A DNA stretch of 63,783 bases from Bacteroidales bacterium (GCA_007129255.1 SKVW01000142.1:1-63783); one strand, 5' to 3'; numbered from the stretch's first letter, positions 18,843 through 28,432 are shown. The notes: generated from the letters alone by a model not told the origin. A program made the numbers and translations.

Positions 18843-19895
18843 ATGGGTATTTTAAGATTGCTTTTGTTTCCCTTTTGCCTGGTTTACGGATTCATCACCT
18901 GGGTACGCAACAAATTGTTCGACTGGGGGATTTTGCCGTCAAAAAGTTTTAACATACCCATTATCGGGCTGGGAAACCTGAGTACTGGCGGCACCGGTAA
19001 AACCCCCCATGTGGAATACCTGGTGCAGCTTTTGAAAGACCAATACCGTATTGCCGTTCTTAGCAGAGGATACAAACGAAAAACCAGGGGCTACCTGGAA
19101 GCGGCAAAAAATGCTACTGCAAGGGATATCGGAGATGAGCCACTTCAAATTGCCCGCAAATTTCCGGATGCATTGGTTGTGGTTTGCGAAAACCGAAGGA
19201 AAGGGATAAAGCGCATTTTAAAAGAACACCCCGAAATAAACCTTATCATACTGGACGATGCTTTTCAGCACCGCTATGTTAAACCCGGACTGAACCTGTT
19301 GCTTACAGGTTATTATAAACCTTTCTTCCGTAATTTTATCATGCCCTGTGGAAATTTGAGGGAATTTAAACGCGGAGCCATGCGGGCCGATGCCTTAGTG
19401 GTTACCAAAACCCCAAATGTTTTTTCTCCCCTTGACCGCCGGTTTTTCCTGGGCAACCTTAAGCCTTATTATGATAAACCGAACATTTTTTTTTCTTACC
19501 TGGCTTACAAAGACTGGCTTCCATTATATAAAGAAACCCCTGAAAATACAGAAACCAGTATAAAAACCATTTTTCTTTTTACGGGTATTGCCAATACCAT
19601 TGCCCTTGAAGAACATCTGAAAAGGAACAGTGAAGAATTGGTGGTGAATAAATTCCCGGATCATTACCAGTTTAAGTCTTCTGACCTGATCAGGCTCAGA
19701 AGGCAATACAATAATAAATTCAGCCGCTCAAAAATCATCATTGTCACCGAAAAAGACGCCATGCGCCTTCAGCACCCCAAACTGAAAGAAATATTAAAAG
19801 AGCTGCCGGTTTATTATATTCCGGTGGAAGTGGTCTTTCATGATGAAGACAGGGAAAATTTTGAAAAACTTGTTTTTGAATTCCTCTCAAAATAA
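18843..19895 (+). CDS. lpxK: Tetraacyldisaccharide 4'-kinase
   Basis: GNLSTGGTGKTPHVEYL P-loop, VLSRGYKRK and ILDDAFQH motifs. Confidence 0.9.
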   Translation: MGILRLLLFPFCLVYGFITWVRNKLFDWGILPSKSFNIPIIGLGNLSTGGTGKTPHVEYLVQLLKDQYRIAVLSRGYKRKTRGYLEAAKNATARDIGDEPLQIARKFPDALVVVCENRRKGIKRILKEHPEINLIILDDAFQHRYVKPGLNLLLTGYYKPFFRNFIMPCGNLREFKRGAMRADALVVTKTPNVFSPLDRRFFLGNLKPYYDKPNIFFSYLAYKDWLPLYKETPENTETSIKTIFLFTGIANTIALEEHLKRNSEELVVNKFPDHYQFKSSDLIRLRRQYNNKFSRSKIIIVTEKDAMRLQHPKLKEILKELPVYYIPVEVVFHDEDRENFEKLVFEFLSK

Positions 19896-19971
19896 AAAAT
19901 CATACCGCCCTGGCTTTCGCCGTTTACCTGAAATAAACCCGCCAATTCAGCATTCACTGTATTTCGTCAGG

Positions 19972-21123
19972 TTAAAGAATGGAAACTTTTTCCAGGTACT
20001 CAATGGCCATATCCAGGTAAAGAAAAATATCCGAAGGCACATCATCAACCCGGTAATCTGAGCGCTTATGTCCCAGCCGCACCACAATGGCATCCCATTC
20101 GGGGATGATAAAAATATACTGTCCCAGGATCCCCCTGAAATATGGAACCTCATAGCCTTTATGGTGCACAATCCAGAACTGGTAGCCATAATAATCCACA
20201 ACATTTCCCTGGCGATCCTTCAGGTATTTTGCAGGAGAAATGGCTTCTGTAACAAAGCTTTTGCTGACAAGCTGTTTCCCTTTCCAGTTTCCGCAATTAA
20301 GCACCAGCTGGCCAAGCCTGGCAAAATCACGGGCATTGCTGTTGAAGCAGCAATAGGCCTTCTCTATTCCATTTTCGCGATCAAGGCTCCACAAGGCATC
20401 ATGCATGGCACCCAGGGGTTGCCAGAGTTTTTCCGCGGCATAATCAGATATGTTGTTCCCGGTGGCTTCTTCCAGGATAAATGCAAGCAACTGTGTTGTA
20501 CCGCTGGTGTATTCATATATTTCCCCCGGAGGATAATTCCATCCCAGGGGTTTCAGCAATGCTTCCAGGTCGCTGCCGTAATAAGCCTTTGTGGTCAGAG
20601 AAAAAGCCGTCGCATATTGCTCATCCCAATCCAGACCGGCGCTCATGGTGAGCAGGTGCCTGATGGTCACTTCCCCATCACGGGCAATGCCAAACCCGGG
20701 TAAAAAATCCTTAACCGGCTGATCAAGGTTTTGAATATGCCCTTCGTCATAAGCAACCCCAACCAGTAAAGCCACAATGGATTTGGCCATGGAAAAAGAG
20801 CCTGAGAGGGAGTTATGACCATATCCATCATAATATTCTTCAAAGAGAATACGACCGTTTCTTGCGATCAAAAAAGCAACGGGGTCCAGCTCGAAAAAGG
20901 AATCCAGGTGGTGCTCGGGTAGCCCAATAATATTATAGAGGCTGTCTTTTTCCCATGGCTGTTCTTCCCCGGCCATAATGGTTCGGTTATGAAAAATCCG
21001 ATAATCATCAATGTCGGGGGTCTGGTGTATCAGCGCCCTGCGAAGATATCCCGGCATCACGATAATTGCCAGGGCCAGAAAAATCAACAGCCCGATCAGG
21101 AACCTTTTAGCTTTTGGGTTCAT
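19972..21123 (-). CDS. Serine hydrolase, beta-lactamase/transpeptidase-like family
   Basis: N-terminal membrane anchor and an SxxK motif (SMAKS). Overall pattern of class C beta-lactamase-like esterases. Confidence 0.7.
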   Translation of the reverse strand: MNPKAKRFLIGLLIFLALAIIVMPGYLRRALIHQTPDIDDYRIFHNRTIMAGEEQPWEKDSLYNIIGLPEHHLDSFFELDPVAFLIARNGRILFEEYYDGYGHNSLSGSFSMAKSIVALLVGVAYDEGHIQNLDQPVKDFLPGFGIARDGEVTIRHLLTMSAGLDWDEQYATAFSLTTKAYYGSDLEALLKPLGWNYPPGEIYEYTSGTTQLLAFILEEATGNNISDYAAEKLWQPLGAMHDALWSLDRENGIEKAYCCFNSNARDFARLGQLVLNCGNWKGKQLVSKSFVTEAISPAKYLKDRQGNVVDYYGYQFWIVHHKGYEVPYFRGILGQYIFIIPEWDAIVVRLGHKRSDYRVDDVPSDIFLYLDMAIEYLEKVSIL

Positions 21124-21241
21124 ATAGGTGTGGTTTGTTTTTTTAAAATAAAATTAACCTGTTTTTAGCAAAAGATTAAAAATTTAAAAACCAGGAATGT
21201 CAGTAAAAATACAGGCAATTTAAAGCATTCCAATAACAGAA

Positions 21242-22489
21242 CTATTGTTTTTTTAAAGGTTGCAACTTCCAATATGTCAGGGATCTCCAAGCCCATTCAA
21301 AGGGCCCGAAACGAAAATACCTTAACCAATATTGACTCCAGATTACCTGGATGATGTAGATTACAAAAGTTAAAATTATTCCCTGCCAGATGTTAACCTG
21401 ACCGTATAACCCAAAACCATATCCATAAAAAATGGTGGTGCAGATGATGGTCTGGGTCAGGTAATTGGTCAAAGCCATACGTCCGGTCACTGCAATTTTT
21501 TCTGTAAGCCACCTCAGCCAGCCCCTATGAAGACAAAACACCACGAGTGAAATATAGACAAATGCCATTGAAGGACCGCCCACAGCAAAGCCTGCATTCA
21601 TGTATACCTGCTCTATACCGGGCATTGTATGACTGGCAACCCGAATATAATGGGCAAGCACCCAGTTTCCAAGCAGTGCAAACGGAAGGCTGTACCAGAA
21701 CAACTTTTTAAAAAAGCCGATATGTTTGCTGATATCAAAAAAATATCCTTTTCTGCCAAACAACAAACCCACAAGAAACATGGCAAGCACAAAAGGGAAG
21801 AAAGCAAAGATCCCTCCCCAGATAAAAGAATATTCGGTAAGGCGAATGGACATGATCTCTGAAAAACTTCCCTGGCTGTAAATGATTAAAGCCCTTTGGG
21901 CGAGGTTTTCAAAAAACTTTTCCTGTTCCAGGAAACCCGCCTTTATCCCTTCGGCCGCTTCAGGCACCGACATCCCCAGTTTAATAGCAGCAGCAAAAAG
22001 GGCAGAAAAGAAAACCGGCAAAAGCAAGAAAACTATTGCCCATACCATTACCGTTCGGTTGGATTTTTTGCGAAACCAGGTCATGATAAAACCAAAAAGG
22101 GCATAGATCACAAGGATATCACCATACCATAACAAAACCACGTGCAAGGCCCCAATGAGCAACAGCACCAGCAACCTGCGGCGAAATACGTTAATTACCG
22201 ATTGCCCGGCTTCATCTACCTTTCGAAGGAAAAAATAAAACCCCATTCCAAAAAGCAGGGAAAAAAGCACATAGAATTTGCCATGAAAGAAAAAGTCAAT
22301 AAACCACAATGCATTTTGGTTTGCCTGGTCGGTCCAGATACGCGCTTCACCCATTAGCACTGTGAAAGGGGTGTTAAAAAGCGGCATGTTTACCATCAAT
22401 ATCCCAAGCAAAGCAAATCCTCTCAATACATCGAGAACTAAAATCCGTCTTTGTTGATCAACAGGCTTCAACAATGGTTTTGTTTCCAT
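21242..22489 (-). CDS. DUF418 (YeiB-like) integral membrane protein
   Basis: DVLRGFALLGILMVNM near the N-terminus, a multi-TM body, and C-terminal RFGPFEWAWRSLTYWK. Confidence 0.75.
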   Translation of the reverse strand: METKPLLKPVDQQRRILVLDVLRGFALLGILMVNMPLFNTPFTVLMGEARIWTDQANQNALWFIDFFFHGKFYVLFSLLFGMGFYFFLRKVDEAGQSVINVFRRRLLVLLLIGALHVVLLWYGDILVIYALFGFIMTWFRKKSNRTVMVWAIVFLLLPVFFSALFAAAIKLGMSVPEAAEGIKAGFLEQEKFFENLAQRALIIYSQGSFSEIMSIRLTEYSFIWGGIFAFFPFVLAMFLVGLLFGRKGYFFDISKHIGFFKKLFWYSLPFALLGNWVLAHYIRVASHTMPGIEQVYMNAGFAVGGPSMAFVYISLVVFCLHRGWLRWLTEKIAVTGRMALTNYLTQTIICTTIFYGYGFGLYGQVNIWQGIILTFVIYIIQVIWSQYWLRYFRFGPFEWAWRSLTYWKLQPLKKQ

Positions 22490-22690
22490 TTCCGTTTAAA
22501 ATGATTTTTTTTAAAAAAATTTTTCGCAAATTATGAACATTTTCTTTATCCTTTGCCAATACATCCAATTTTTTTTGGGTTTTAATTTTTTTGCTTATCC
22601 TGCCAGGCAAGGAGATGAAAGAAAACCAAAAAAGAATGAAAATCCTTCACCGGGGGGATCGTTGGGAAACAGGGGAGGGCGATAATGGAC

Positions 22691-22725
22691 AAAAAAAAGC
22701 AGTTGACCGGAATCTGATCAACTGC
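22691..22725 (-). terminator. Rho-independent terminator after ssb
   Basis: On the minus strand: 8 bp stem GCAGTTGA / TCAACTGC followed by T8, 32 nt after the ssb stop. Confidence 0.75.
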
Positions 22726-22756
22726 CTGCTTCTTCAGAGCATTTCATCCAAAAACA

Positions 22757-23176
22757 TTAAAACGGGAGATCGTCTTCCACGCTTTGATCGGCTTCACTGG
22801 GAGCTGAATAATCTTCTCCTGATTTGGGAGCCCCCTGATCTTCCGGCCGCCCGCCAAGGAAGTTCATCACATCACCAATTATCTCTGTGTTGTAACGTTT
22901 GTTGCCTTCCTTGTCTTCCCATTGCCGTGTACGAATCCGACCTTCCAGATAGATCAGGCTTCCTTTTTTCAGATATTTTTCGGCCAGCTCAGCCATTCCG
23001 CGCCACAAAACAATATTGTGCCACTCGGTTTGTTCTACCCGGTTGCCGTCTTTTCCCTTGAAATATTCATTGGTGGCCAAAGGGAATGAAGCTACTTTCA
23101 CTCCACTGTCAAGACTGCGTACCTCGGGATCTTTTCCTAAATTCCCCACCAAAATGACCTTGTTTACTCCTGCCAT
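22757..23176 (-). CDS. ssb: Single-stranded DNA-binding protein
   Basis: MAGVNKVILVGNLGKDPEVR OB-fold N-terminus and the acidic tail ending DDLPF. Confidence 0.95.
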   Translation of the reverse strand: MAGVNKVILVGNLGKDPEVRSLDSGVKVASFPLATNEYFKGKDGNRVEQTEWHNIVLWRGMAELAEKYLKKGSLIYLEGRIRTRQWEDKEGNKRYNTEIIGDVMNFLGGRPEDQGAPKSGEDYSAPSEADQSVEDDLPF

Positions 23177-23295
23177 ACCGCTCCTTTTTTTGATTAAAAA
23201 TTAAACAATAAAGTCGTTACCAATTTATGTCTTTTTTAAATAAATTGCAAGCTTTTTTAAACCAACCCTGCAAAAAAAAAGACAGATTTTTTTAT

Positions 23296-24384
23296 TTACC
23301 CGGTTTTACAGGCTTTCCGGATCAGCTTCAGATACCTTAATGTAAGTCCGGATTTTGGCAAAGCATCAAAAGCTTCCAGATTTATTTTTCTGAAAACTTT
23401 TTCAAAGGTATTGGTTTTTGAGGGATTCAACTGCACTGCATAGAAATTTGCATGGATTTTCTGATGGGTGAGTAAATGCCTGAAAAAAACCGGTGCATGG
23501 GTAAAAGTGTAGCCCTGGCCATCGGGAAAAAACCTTTTCCACCAATCCGTACTTGTCAATTCAACAGAAGATAAAGGTTGGGAGGTTTCAAGCAAAGGCA
23601 GTTCATAAAGGTTCTTCCAGATGTCGTTTCCAATGCGTTTATAAATAAAAAACACCGGCTGCCGGTCTTTCTCCGGGTAATAGAAATAAAAATAATGGAA
23701 GTACCGCTCACGGATGGAGGTTTTTTTCTTCCGTAAAGGAAACTCATGCACCTTTTTTTGCAGGAATGCCAGGCACTCCCGGTTAAACAGGCATTCATGG
23801 CAAAGCGGATTAACAGGCTTACACACCAGGGCCCCAAAATCCATTACTGCCTGGTTAAAATCCCCGGGGTTTTGCTCATCCAATATTTCCCGGGCAAGTT
23901 CAAGAAATGCCTTTTTACCTTTCGCGGTGTCAATAACCTCTTTAACTGCAAATATCCTTGAAAAAACCCGGTAGGCATTTCCATCCAGGGCAGCAACGGG
24001 TTCTTTATAGGCAATAGAGGCAATGGCCGCAGCGGTATAATTCCCTACACCTTTAACTTCTAACCAGTGGGTGTAAGATCCCGGAAGCAAGCCTCCTTGA
24101 ACACTGACAATATGCTGTGCTGCATAATGCAAATTGCGGGCCCTTGAGTAATAACCCAATCCCTGCCACAAACGAAGCACCTCATCCAGTGGTGCTTCAG
24201 CCAGAGACTGCACATCAGGAAAAGCTTTTATAAAGCGGTAGTAATAGTCTATTCCCTGTTCAATGCGGGTTTGTTGCAAAATTATTTCTGATATCCAGAT
24301 ATGATAGGGGTTAACCTGCTCGCGCCATGGGAGTTTGCGGCCATTTTGGGCATACCAGGAAAGCAGGCGATTGGAAAAATTCAT
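23296..24384 (-). CDS. mutY: A/G-specific adenine DNA glycosylase
   Basis: LPWR...PYHIWISEIILQQT, a helix-hairpin-helix region, the 4Fe-4S loop CKPVNPLCHECLFNRECLA, and a C-terminal NUDIX-like domain. Confidence 0.9.
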   Translation of the reverse strand: MNFSNRLLSWYAQNGRKLPWREQVNPYHIWISEIILQQTRIEQGIDYYYRFIKAFPDVQSLAEAPLDEVLRLWQGLGYYSRARNLHYAAQHIVSVQGGLLPGSYTHWLEVKGVGNYTAAAIASIAYKEPVAALDGNAYRVFSRIFAVKEVIDTAKGKKAFLELAREILDEQNPGDFNQAVMDFGALVCKPVNPLCHECLFNRECLAFLQKKVHEFPLRKKKTSIRERYFHYFYFYYPEKDRQPVFFIYKRIGNDIWKNLYELPLLETSQPLSSVELTSTDWWKRFFPDGQGYTFTHAPVFFRHLLTHQKIHANFYAVQLNPSKTNTFEKVFRKINLEAFDALPKSGLTLRYLKLIRKACKTG

Positions 24385-24474
24385 AATAACAGAGGTGGGG
24401 CAGATGGTTTAAAAACGCTCCTAATTCATTGGGGTAAAAATAAATAAATTGTTTTCTAATAGTTAGAAAAAAGT

Positions 24475-24482
24475 TATCTTTG
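24475..24482 (+). promoter_or_regulatory. Bacteroidota -7 promoter motif (TATCTTTG) for the HU gene
   Basis: Exact TAnnTTTG match 57 nt upstream of the ATG at 24539. Confidence 0.45.
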
Positions 24483-24538
24483 CAACCCGAATAAACAAAA
24501 AAACAGCGTAATATTCTTATAACCAAAAAGTAATAACT

Positions 24539-24832
24539 ATGACAAAAGCTGAAATCGTAACGGAAATTGCCAACAAAACAGGAATTGAAAAAGTGGCTGT
24601 TCAGGCAACCGTAGAAGCCTTTATGGATACGGTAAAAAATTCACTGGTAAAAGGAGAAAATGTATACCTCAGGGGATTTGGTAGTTTTATCATTAAAGAG
24701 AGGGCAGAAAAAACCGGTCGTAACATTTCCAAAAACACCACCATCATCATTCCTGCACATTGTATTCCGGCCTTTAAACCTGCCAAAGAATTTGTCAGTG
24801 AAGTTAAAGAATCCGTATCTGTTTCCAAATAA
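24539..24832 (+). CDS. HU family DNA-binding protein
   Basis: MTKAEIVTEIANKTGIEKVAVQATVEAFMDTVKNSL...RGFGSFIIKERAEKTGRNISKNTTIIIPAHCIPAFKPAKEF. Confidence 0.9.
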   Translation: MTKAEIVTEIANKTGIEKVAVQATVEAFMDTVKNSLVKGENVYLRGFGSFIIKERAEKTGRNISKNTTIIIPAHCIPAFKPAKEFVSEVKESVSVSK

Positions 24833-24899
24833 TGCAGAATTAAGCGGTTCATGGGTGAATTTTACCCAATAGAAAATTTAATAATTAAAGAGAACAATC

Positions 24900-24989
24900 A
24901 TGCCAAGCGGAAAAAAAAGAAAAAGACATAAGATGGCAACCCACAAACGCAAAAAGCGCCTGAGAAAAAACAGGCATAAAAAGAAGTAG
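24900..24989 (+). CDS. Very small, extremely basic protein (29 aa, MPSGKKRKRHKMATHKRKKRLRKNRHKKK), resembling bS22 / mS38 (AURKAIP1/COX24-domain) type ribosomal proteins
   Basis: ATG at 24900 and TAG at 24987-24989, translated by hand. 19 of 29 residues are K/R/H. Sits between the HU gene and a strong hairpin. Too short for the ORF track. Confidence 0.6.
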   Translation: MPSGKKRKRHKMATHKRKKRLRKNRHKKK

Positions 24990-25032
24990 GGCTTTTTGCC
25001 AGGGTAAGTTATTTAATTTCTTTTCCCACAAT

Positions 25033-25076
25033 AAATTACATAATACCTTTTTAGCGGGTATTATGTAATTTTATTT
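25033..25076 (+). terminator. Hairpin / probable terminator after the HU and small basic protein genes
   Basis: Perfect 15 bp stem AAATTACATAATACC / GGTATTATGTAATTT with a 9 nt loop, followed by a T-rich tail (TTATTT). Confidence 0.55.
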
Positions 25077-25168
25077 AAACACCGGATTTACCGGTGAAAC
25101 GTATCCTTCCCATCTGCTCATTATTCTTGCGAAACCATGAGTGATGAAATGCAAAAAAGTATTCAACT

Positions 25169-26719
25169 GTGAACAAAGAATTAATTATTGATTCCAACGC
25201 GTCGGAGGTTGTTATGGCCCTGCAGGAAGACAAGCAACTTGTCGAACTGCACACAGAGCGCAAAAACAACAACTACTCCGTTGGCGACATTTATCTCGGA
25301 AAGGTTAAGAAGATCATTTCCGGGCTAAATGCTGCTTTTGTAGATGTGGGATACGAAAAGGATGCCTTTTTACATTACCTTGACCTGGGCAGCCAGGTCA
25401 ACTCTCTGAACAAATATACCAAGCTGGCCATTGCAGGAAAGACCAGGGTGTTGCCCATGGAAAATTTCATTCTTGAAAAAGAAATTGAAAAAACCGGGAA
25501 GATCACCAATGTGCTTACAAGCAATCAGCCTATACTTGTTCAGATAGCCAAAGAACCCATTTCAACCAAAGGTCCGCGCATTACCAGTGAAATTTCCCTT
25601 GCGGGAAGATATCTGGTACTGGTTCCTTTCTCCGACCGGATTTCCGTGTCGCAAAAAATCCAGAGCGCAGAGGAAAAAAGCCGCCTTAAAAGGTTGGTGC
25701 AGAGTATTAAACCCAAAAATTTTGGGGTAATTATCCGTACCATTGCTGAAGGCAAAATGGTAGCCGATCTGGATGCCGACCTCAACAACCTGGTATCCAA
25801 GTGGTACAGCATTGCCGAAAAATTGTCCGGAGCCAAACCGCCCCGCATCATTCTCGGAGAGCTGAACCGCTCTTCGGCAATGCTCAGGGACCTGCTCAAT
25901 GAATCGTTTAATAATATTCATGTAAACGACCCCATGGTATTTGAAGAACTCAGGGACTACGTTAAAACCATTGCCCCTGAAAAAATCGATATCCTGAAGC
26001 TTTACAAGGGGAAAGCCCCTATTTTCGAGCATTTTGGCATTGAGAAACAGATCAAAAGCTCTTTCGGGAAAATCGTTACCATTAAAAGCGGCTCCTACCT
26101 GATTATTGAGCACACTGAGGCCCTTCATGTTATCGACGTTAACAGCGGCCACCGCATGAGCAGCGACAACAGCCAGGAAGAAAACGCCCTGGAGGTAAAC
26201 CTGGAAGCGGCTTCTGAAATTGCACGTCAACTGCGCCTCAGAGATATGGGCGGAATTATTGTTGTCGACTTTATCGATATGGTACAGCCCGGTAACCGCC
26301 GTAAGCTTTACGAAAAGATGAAGGAGGAAATGAAAAAAGACCGGGCAAAACACAATATTTTGCCCCCCAGTAAATTTGGTCTGGTGCAGGTTACCCGTCA
26401 GCGAGTTCGTCCCGAAACCAATGTGGAAATTCTGGAAAAGTGCCCCGCATGCGGAGGTACCGGAAAAATCAAACCCAGCATTATCCTCATTGACGAAATT
26501 GAAAACAACCTGCGTTACCTTATTCGCGAGCAAAACGAAAAATCACTGACCCTGAGGGTGCATCCCTTCATTTATGCATACCTTACCAAGGGGCTTTTTT
26601 CCCACAAATTGAAATGGTTCTTTAAGTACAAAAAATGGATCAAGGTTTTACCATCCAATTCGTACCACTTCCTGGAATACCGGTTTTTTAATAAACTGGA
26701 CGACGAAATCAAGCTTTAA
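25169..26719 (+). CDS. rng: Ribonuclease G/E family endoribonuclease
   Basis: GTG start. S1 domain (GDIYLGKVKKIISGLNAAFVDVGYEKDAFL). Catalytic core (HTEALHVIDVNSG, GGIIVVDFIDM) and the Zn-link CPACGGTG. Confidence 0.9.
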   Translation: MNKELIIDSNASEVVMALQEDKQLVELHTERKNNNYSVGDIYLGKVKKIISGLNAAFVDVGYEKDAFLHYLDLGSQVNSLNKYTKLAIAGKTRVLPMENFILEKEIEKTGKITNVLTSNQPILVQIAKEPISTKGPRITSEISLAGRYLVLVPFSDRISVSQKIQSAEEKSRLKRLVQSIKPKNFGVIIRTIAEGKMVADLDADLNNLVSKWYSIAEKLSGAKPPRIILGELNRSSAMLRDLLNESFNNIHVNDPMVFEELRDYVKTIAPEKIDILKLYKGKAPIFEHFGIEKQIKSSFGKIVTIKSGSYLIIEHTEALHVIDVNSGHRMSSDNSQEENALEVNLEAASEIARQLRLRDMGGIIVVDFIDMVQPGNRRKLYEKMKEEMKKDRAKHNILPPSKFGLVQVTRQRVRPETNVEILEKCPACGGTGKIKPSIILIDEIENNLRYLIREQNEKSLTLRVHPFIYAYLTKGLFSHKLKWFFKYKKWIKVLPSNSYHFLEYRFFNKLDDEIKL

Positions 26720-26733
26720 AGCCTGATCAAATA

Positions 26734-26788
26734 AAACAGTGTACCTGCCCGATTTTTGCGCTCTTAAAGGCATGTGCACTGTTTTTTC
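26734..26788 (+). terminator. Possible terminator after rng (long-loop hairpin plus T-run)
   Basis: Stem CAGTGTAC / GTGCACTG (one G-U pair) with a 29 nt loop, followed by T6. Confidence 0.35.
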
Positions 26789-26802
26789 TTTTTAAAAACC
26801 CT

Positions 26803-26810
26803 TAACTTTG
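26803..26810 (+). promoter_or_regulatory. Bacteroidota -7 promoter motif (TAACTTTG) for recX/prfB
   Basis: Exact TAnnTTTG match 30 nt upstream of the ATG at 26840. It lies inside the ORF-track extension from 26774. Confidence 0.4.
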
Positions 26811-26839
26811 TTTCTTATTCCTTGCAAGAAAGGAAAAAC

Positions 26840-27331
26840 ATGAAACAGCACACAGGCAAAAAGAATTTTTTACGGGGTGAATTGCTTGAAAAAGCCCGCC
26901 GCTATTGCGCCTACAGGGAGAGATGCACCAGGGAAACCGAAGAAAAACTTTTCAACCTGGGAGCAGATCCCTCTCAAATTAAATCTTTAATTAAAGAACT
27001 TGAAAAAGAAGGGTTTATCGACAATATGAGATTCGCCAGGGTGTTTGCCCAGGGGAAATTTCAGAACAACCAGTGGGGGAGAAACAAGATTGCATCAGAA
27101 CTAAGTATGCGAAATATTCCTCCTGAAAATATTGATGCTGCCCTTGAACAAATCGATCTGTCTGTTTATGAACAAACCCTGCAACAGATTATTGAAAGAA
27201 AAATGCAGGCCCTGAAGGGAGAAACCCCTTATGTAGCTGAGGGAAAAACCGCAGACCACTGTATAAGAAAAGGTTATGAACCCGACCTGGTATGGCGGCT
27301 AATTAAAAAGAAAATTACAAAAAACACTTAA
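26840..27331 (+). CDS. recX: RecX family regulatory protein
   Basis: KARRYCAYRERCTRETEEKL and repeated three-helix units typical of RecX. 163 aa from MKQHTGKKN. Confidence 0.75.
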   Translation: MKQHTGKKNFLRGELLEKARRYCAYRERCTRETEEKLFNLGADPSQIKSLIKELEKEGFIDNMRFARVFAQGKFQNNQWGRNKIASELSMRNIPPENIDAALEQIDLSVYEQTLQQIIERKMQALKGETPYVAEGKTADHCIRKGYEPDLVWRLIKKKITKNT

Positions 27332-27342
27332 AAACTTATATT

Positions 27343-28432
27343 ATGATTCATTCTGAAAACTTAAAAGATATTGATAAAAGGCTTGATGCCTTGAGGAGGT
27401 TCCTTTGACATTGAAGGAAAAACCCTTCAGGTAGAAGAATTGCAAAAACAATCTGAATCTCCTGATTTCTGGAATGATCCCAAAGAGGCGGAAAAAACCC
27501 TTAAACAGATCAGTGAGCTCAACAAATGGATAGACACTTACCGGGAAACCCGCCAGAAATTTGACGACCTGAAAGTTTTGCATGAGTTTTTTGAAGGAGG
27601 AGAAGCCGGGGAACAGGAAGTTATGGAGCAATACGAAGCTACCATTAAGATGCTTGAAAAGCTGGAGCTTCGTAAAATGCTCAGCAAGGAAGAAGACCGC
27701 CTGGATGCCATTGTAAACATTAACTCCGGGGCGGGCGGCACCGAAAGTCAGGACTGGGCTGATATGCTCATGCGCATGTACCTGCGTTGGGGCGAACGAA
27801 ACAACTATAAGACCAAAGTCCTTGACATACAGGAAGGCGACGTGGTGGGGATCAAAAGTGTTTCCATAGAGTTTGAGGGGGGCAATGCCTTTGGATACCT
27901 TAAAGGCGAAAGTGGAGTGCATCGCCTGGTTAGGCTTTCTCCGTTTGATGCCAACAACAAAAGGCATACTTCCTTTGCCTCAGTTTACAGCTATCCGGTA
28001 ATTGACGACAACATACAAATCGACATCAATCCTGCCGACCTTAGCTGGGACACTTTCCGATCCAGTGGCCCCGGCGGCCAGAATGTAAATAAAGTGGAAA
28101 GTGCCGTTAGGGTCCGACATGAACCTTCGGGCCTGGTAGTGGAATGCCAGGAAACCCGCTCACAGGGGCAAAACCGCGAAAAAGCCCTTACCATGCTCAA
28201 GTCTCAGCTCTACGAGGTGGAACTTCGCAAAAAGAGAGAAAAACTCGACGCTATGGAAAGCACCAAAAAGAAAATCGAGTGGGGATCCCAAATCAGAAAC
28301 TATGTCTTTCATCCCTATAAAATGGTGAAAGATTTGCGTACCGGGGTGGAAACTTCCAACGTGCAGAATGTAATGGATGGGCAACTCGATGAGTTTATCA
28401 AAGCTTACCTCATTGAATTCGGAGAAAATTAA
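27343..28432 (+). CDS. prfB: Peptide chain release factor 2, requiring a programmed +1 ribosomal frameshift (join 27343..27405, 27407..28432)
   Basis: Frame 0 encodes MIHSENLKDIDKRLDALRRFL and then hits TGA at 27406. The +1 frame continues DIEGKTLQVEELQKQSESPDFWNDP... into the ORF-track ORF 27440..28432, which carries the SPF and GGQ motifs (RLSPFD, SSGPGGQNVNKVESAVR). Confidence 0.9.
27394..27409 (+). promoter_or_regulatory. prfB +1 frameshift site: internal SD-like AGGAGG, 3 nt spacer, slippery CTT TGA C
   Basis: The sequence AGGAGGTTCCTTTGAC was read directly. The architecture is the same as the classical RF2 autoregulatory frameshift. Confidence 0.85.

Noticed and set aside
22591-23061. 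156 aa plus-strand ORF with a TTG start
   Set aside because: It overlaps ssb antisense and crosses the ssb terminator, with no domain signal.
25562-26533. 323 aa minus-strand ORF
   Set aside because: It lies entirely antisense within the well-supported RNase G gene and has no recognisable motifs. This is a typical shadow ORF.
27341-27967. 208 aa minus-strand ORF spanning the prfB 5' region
   Set aside because: The plus strand is explained by prfB with its programmed frameshift, and the antisense product has no features.
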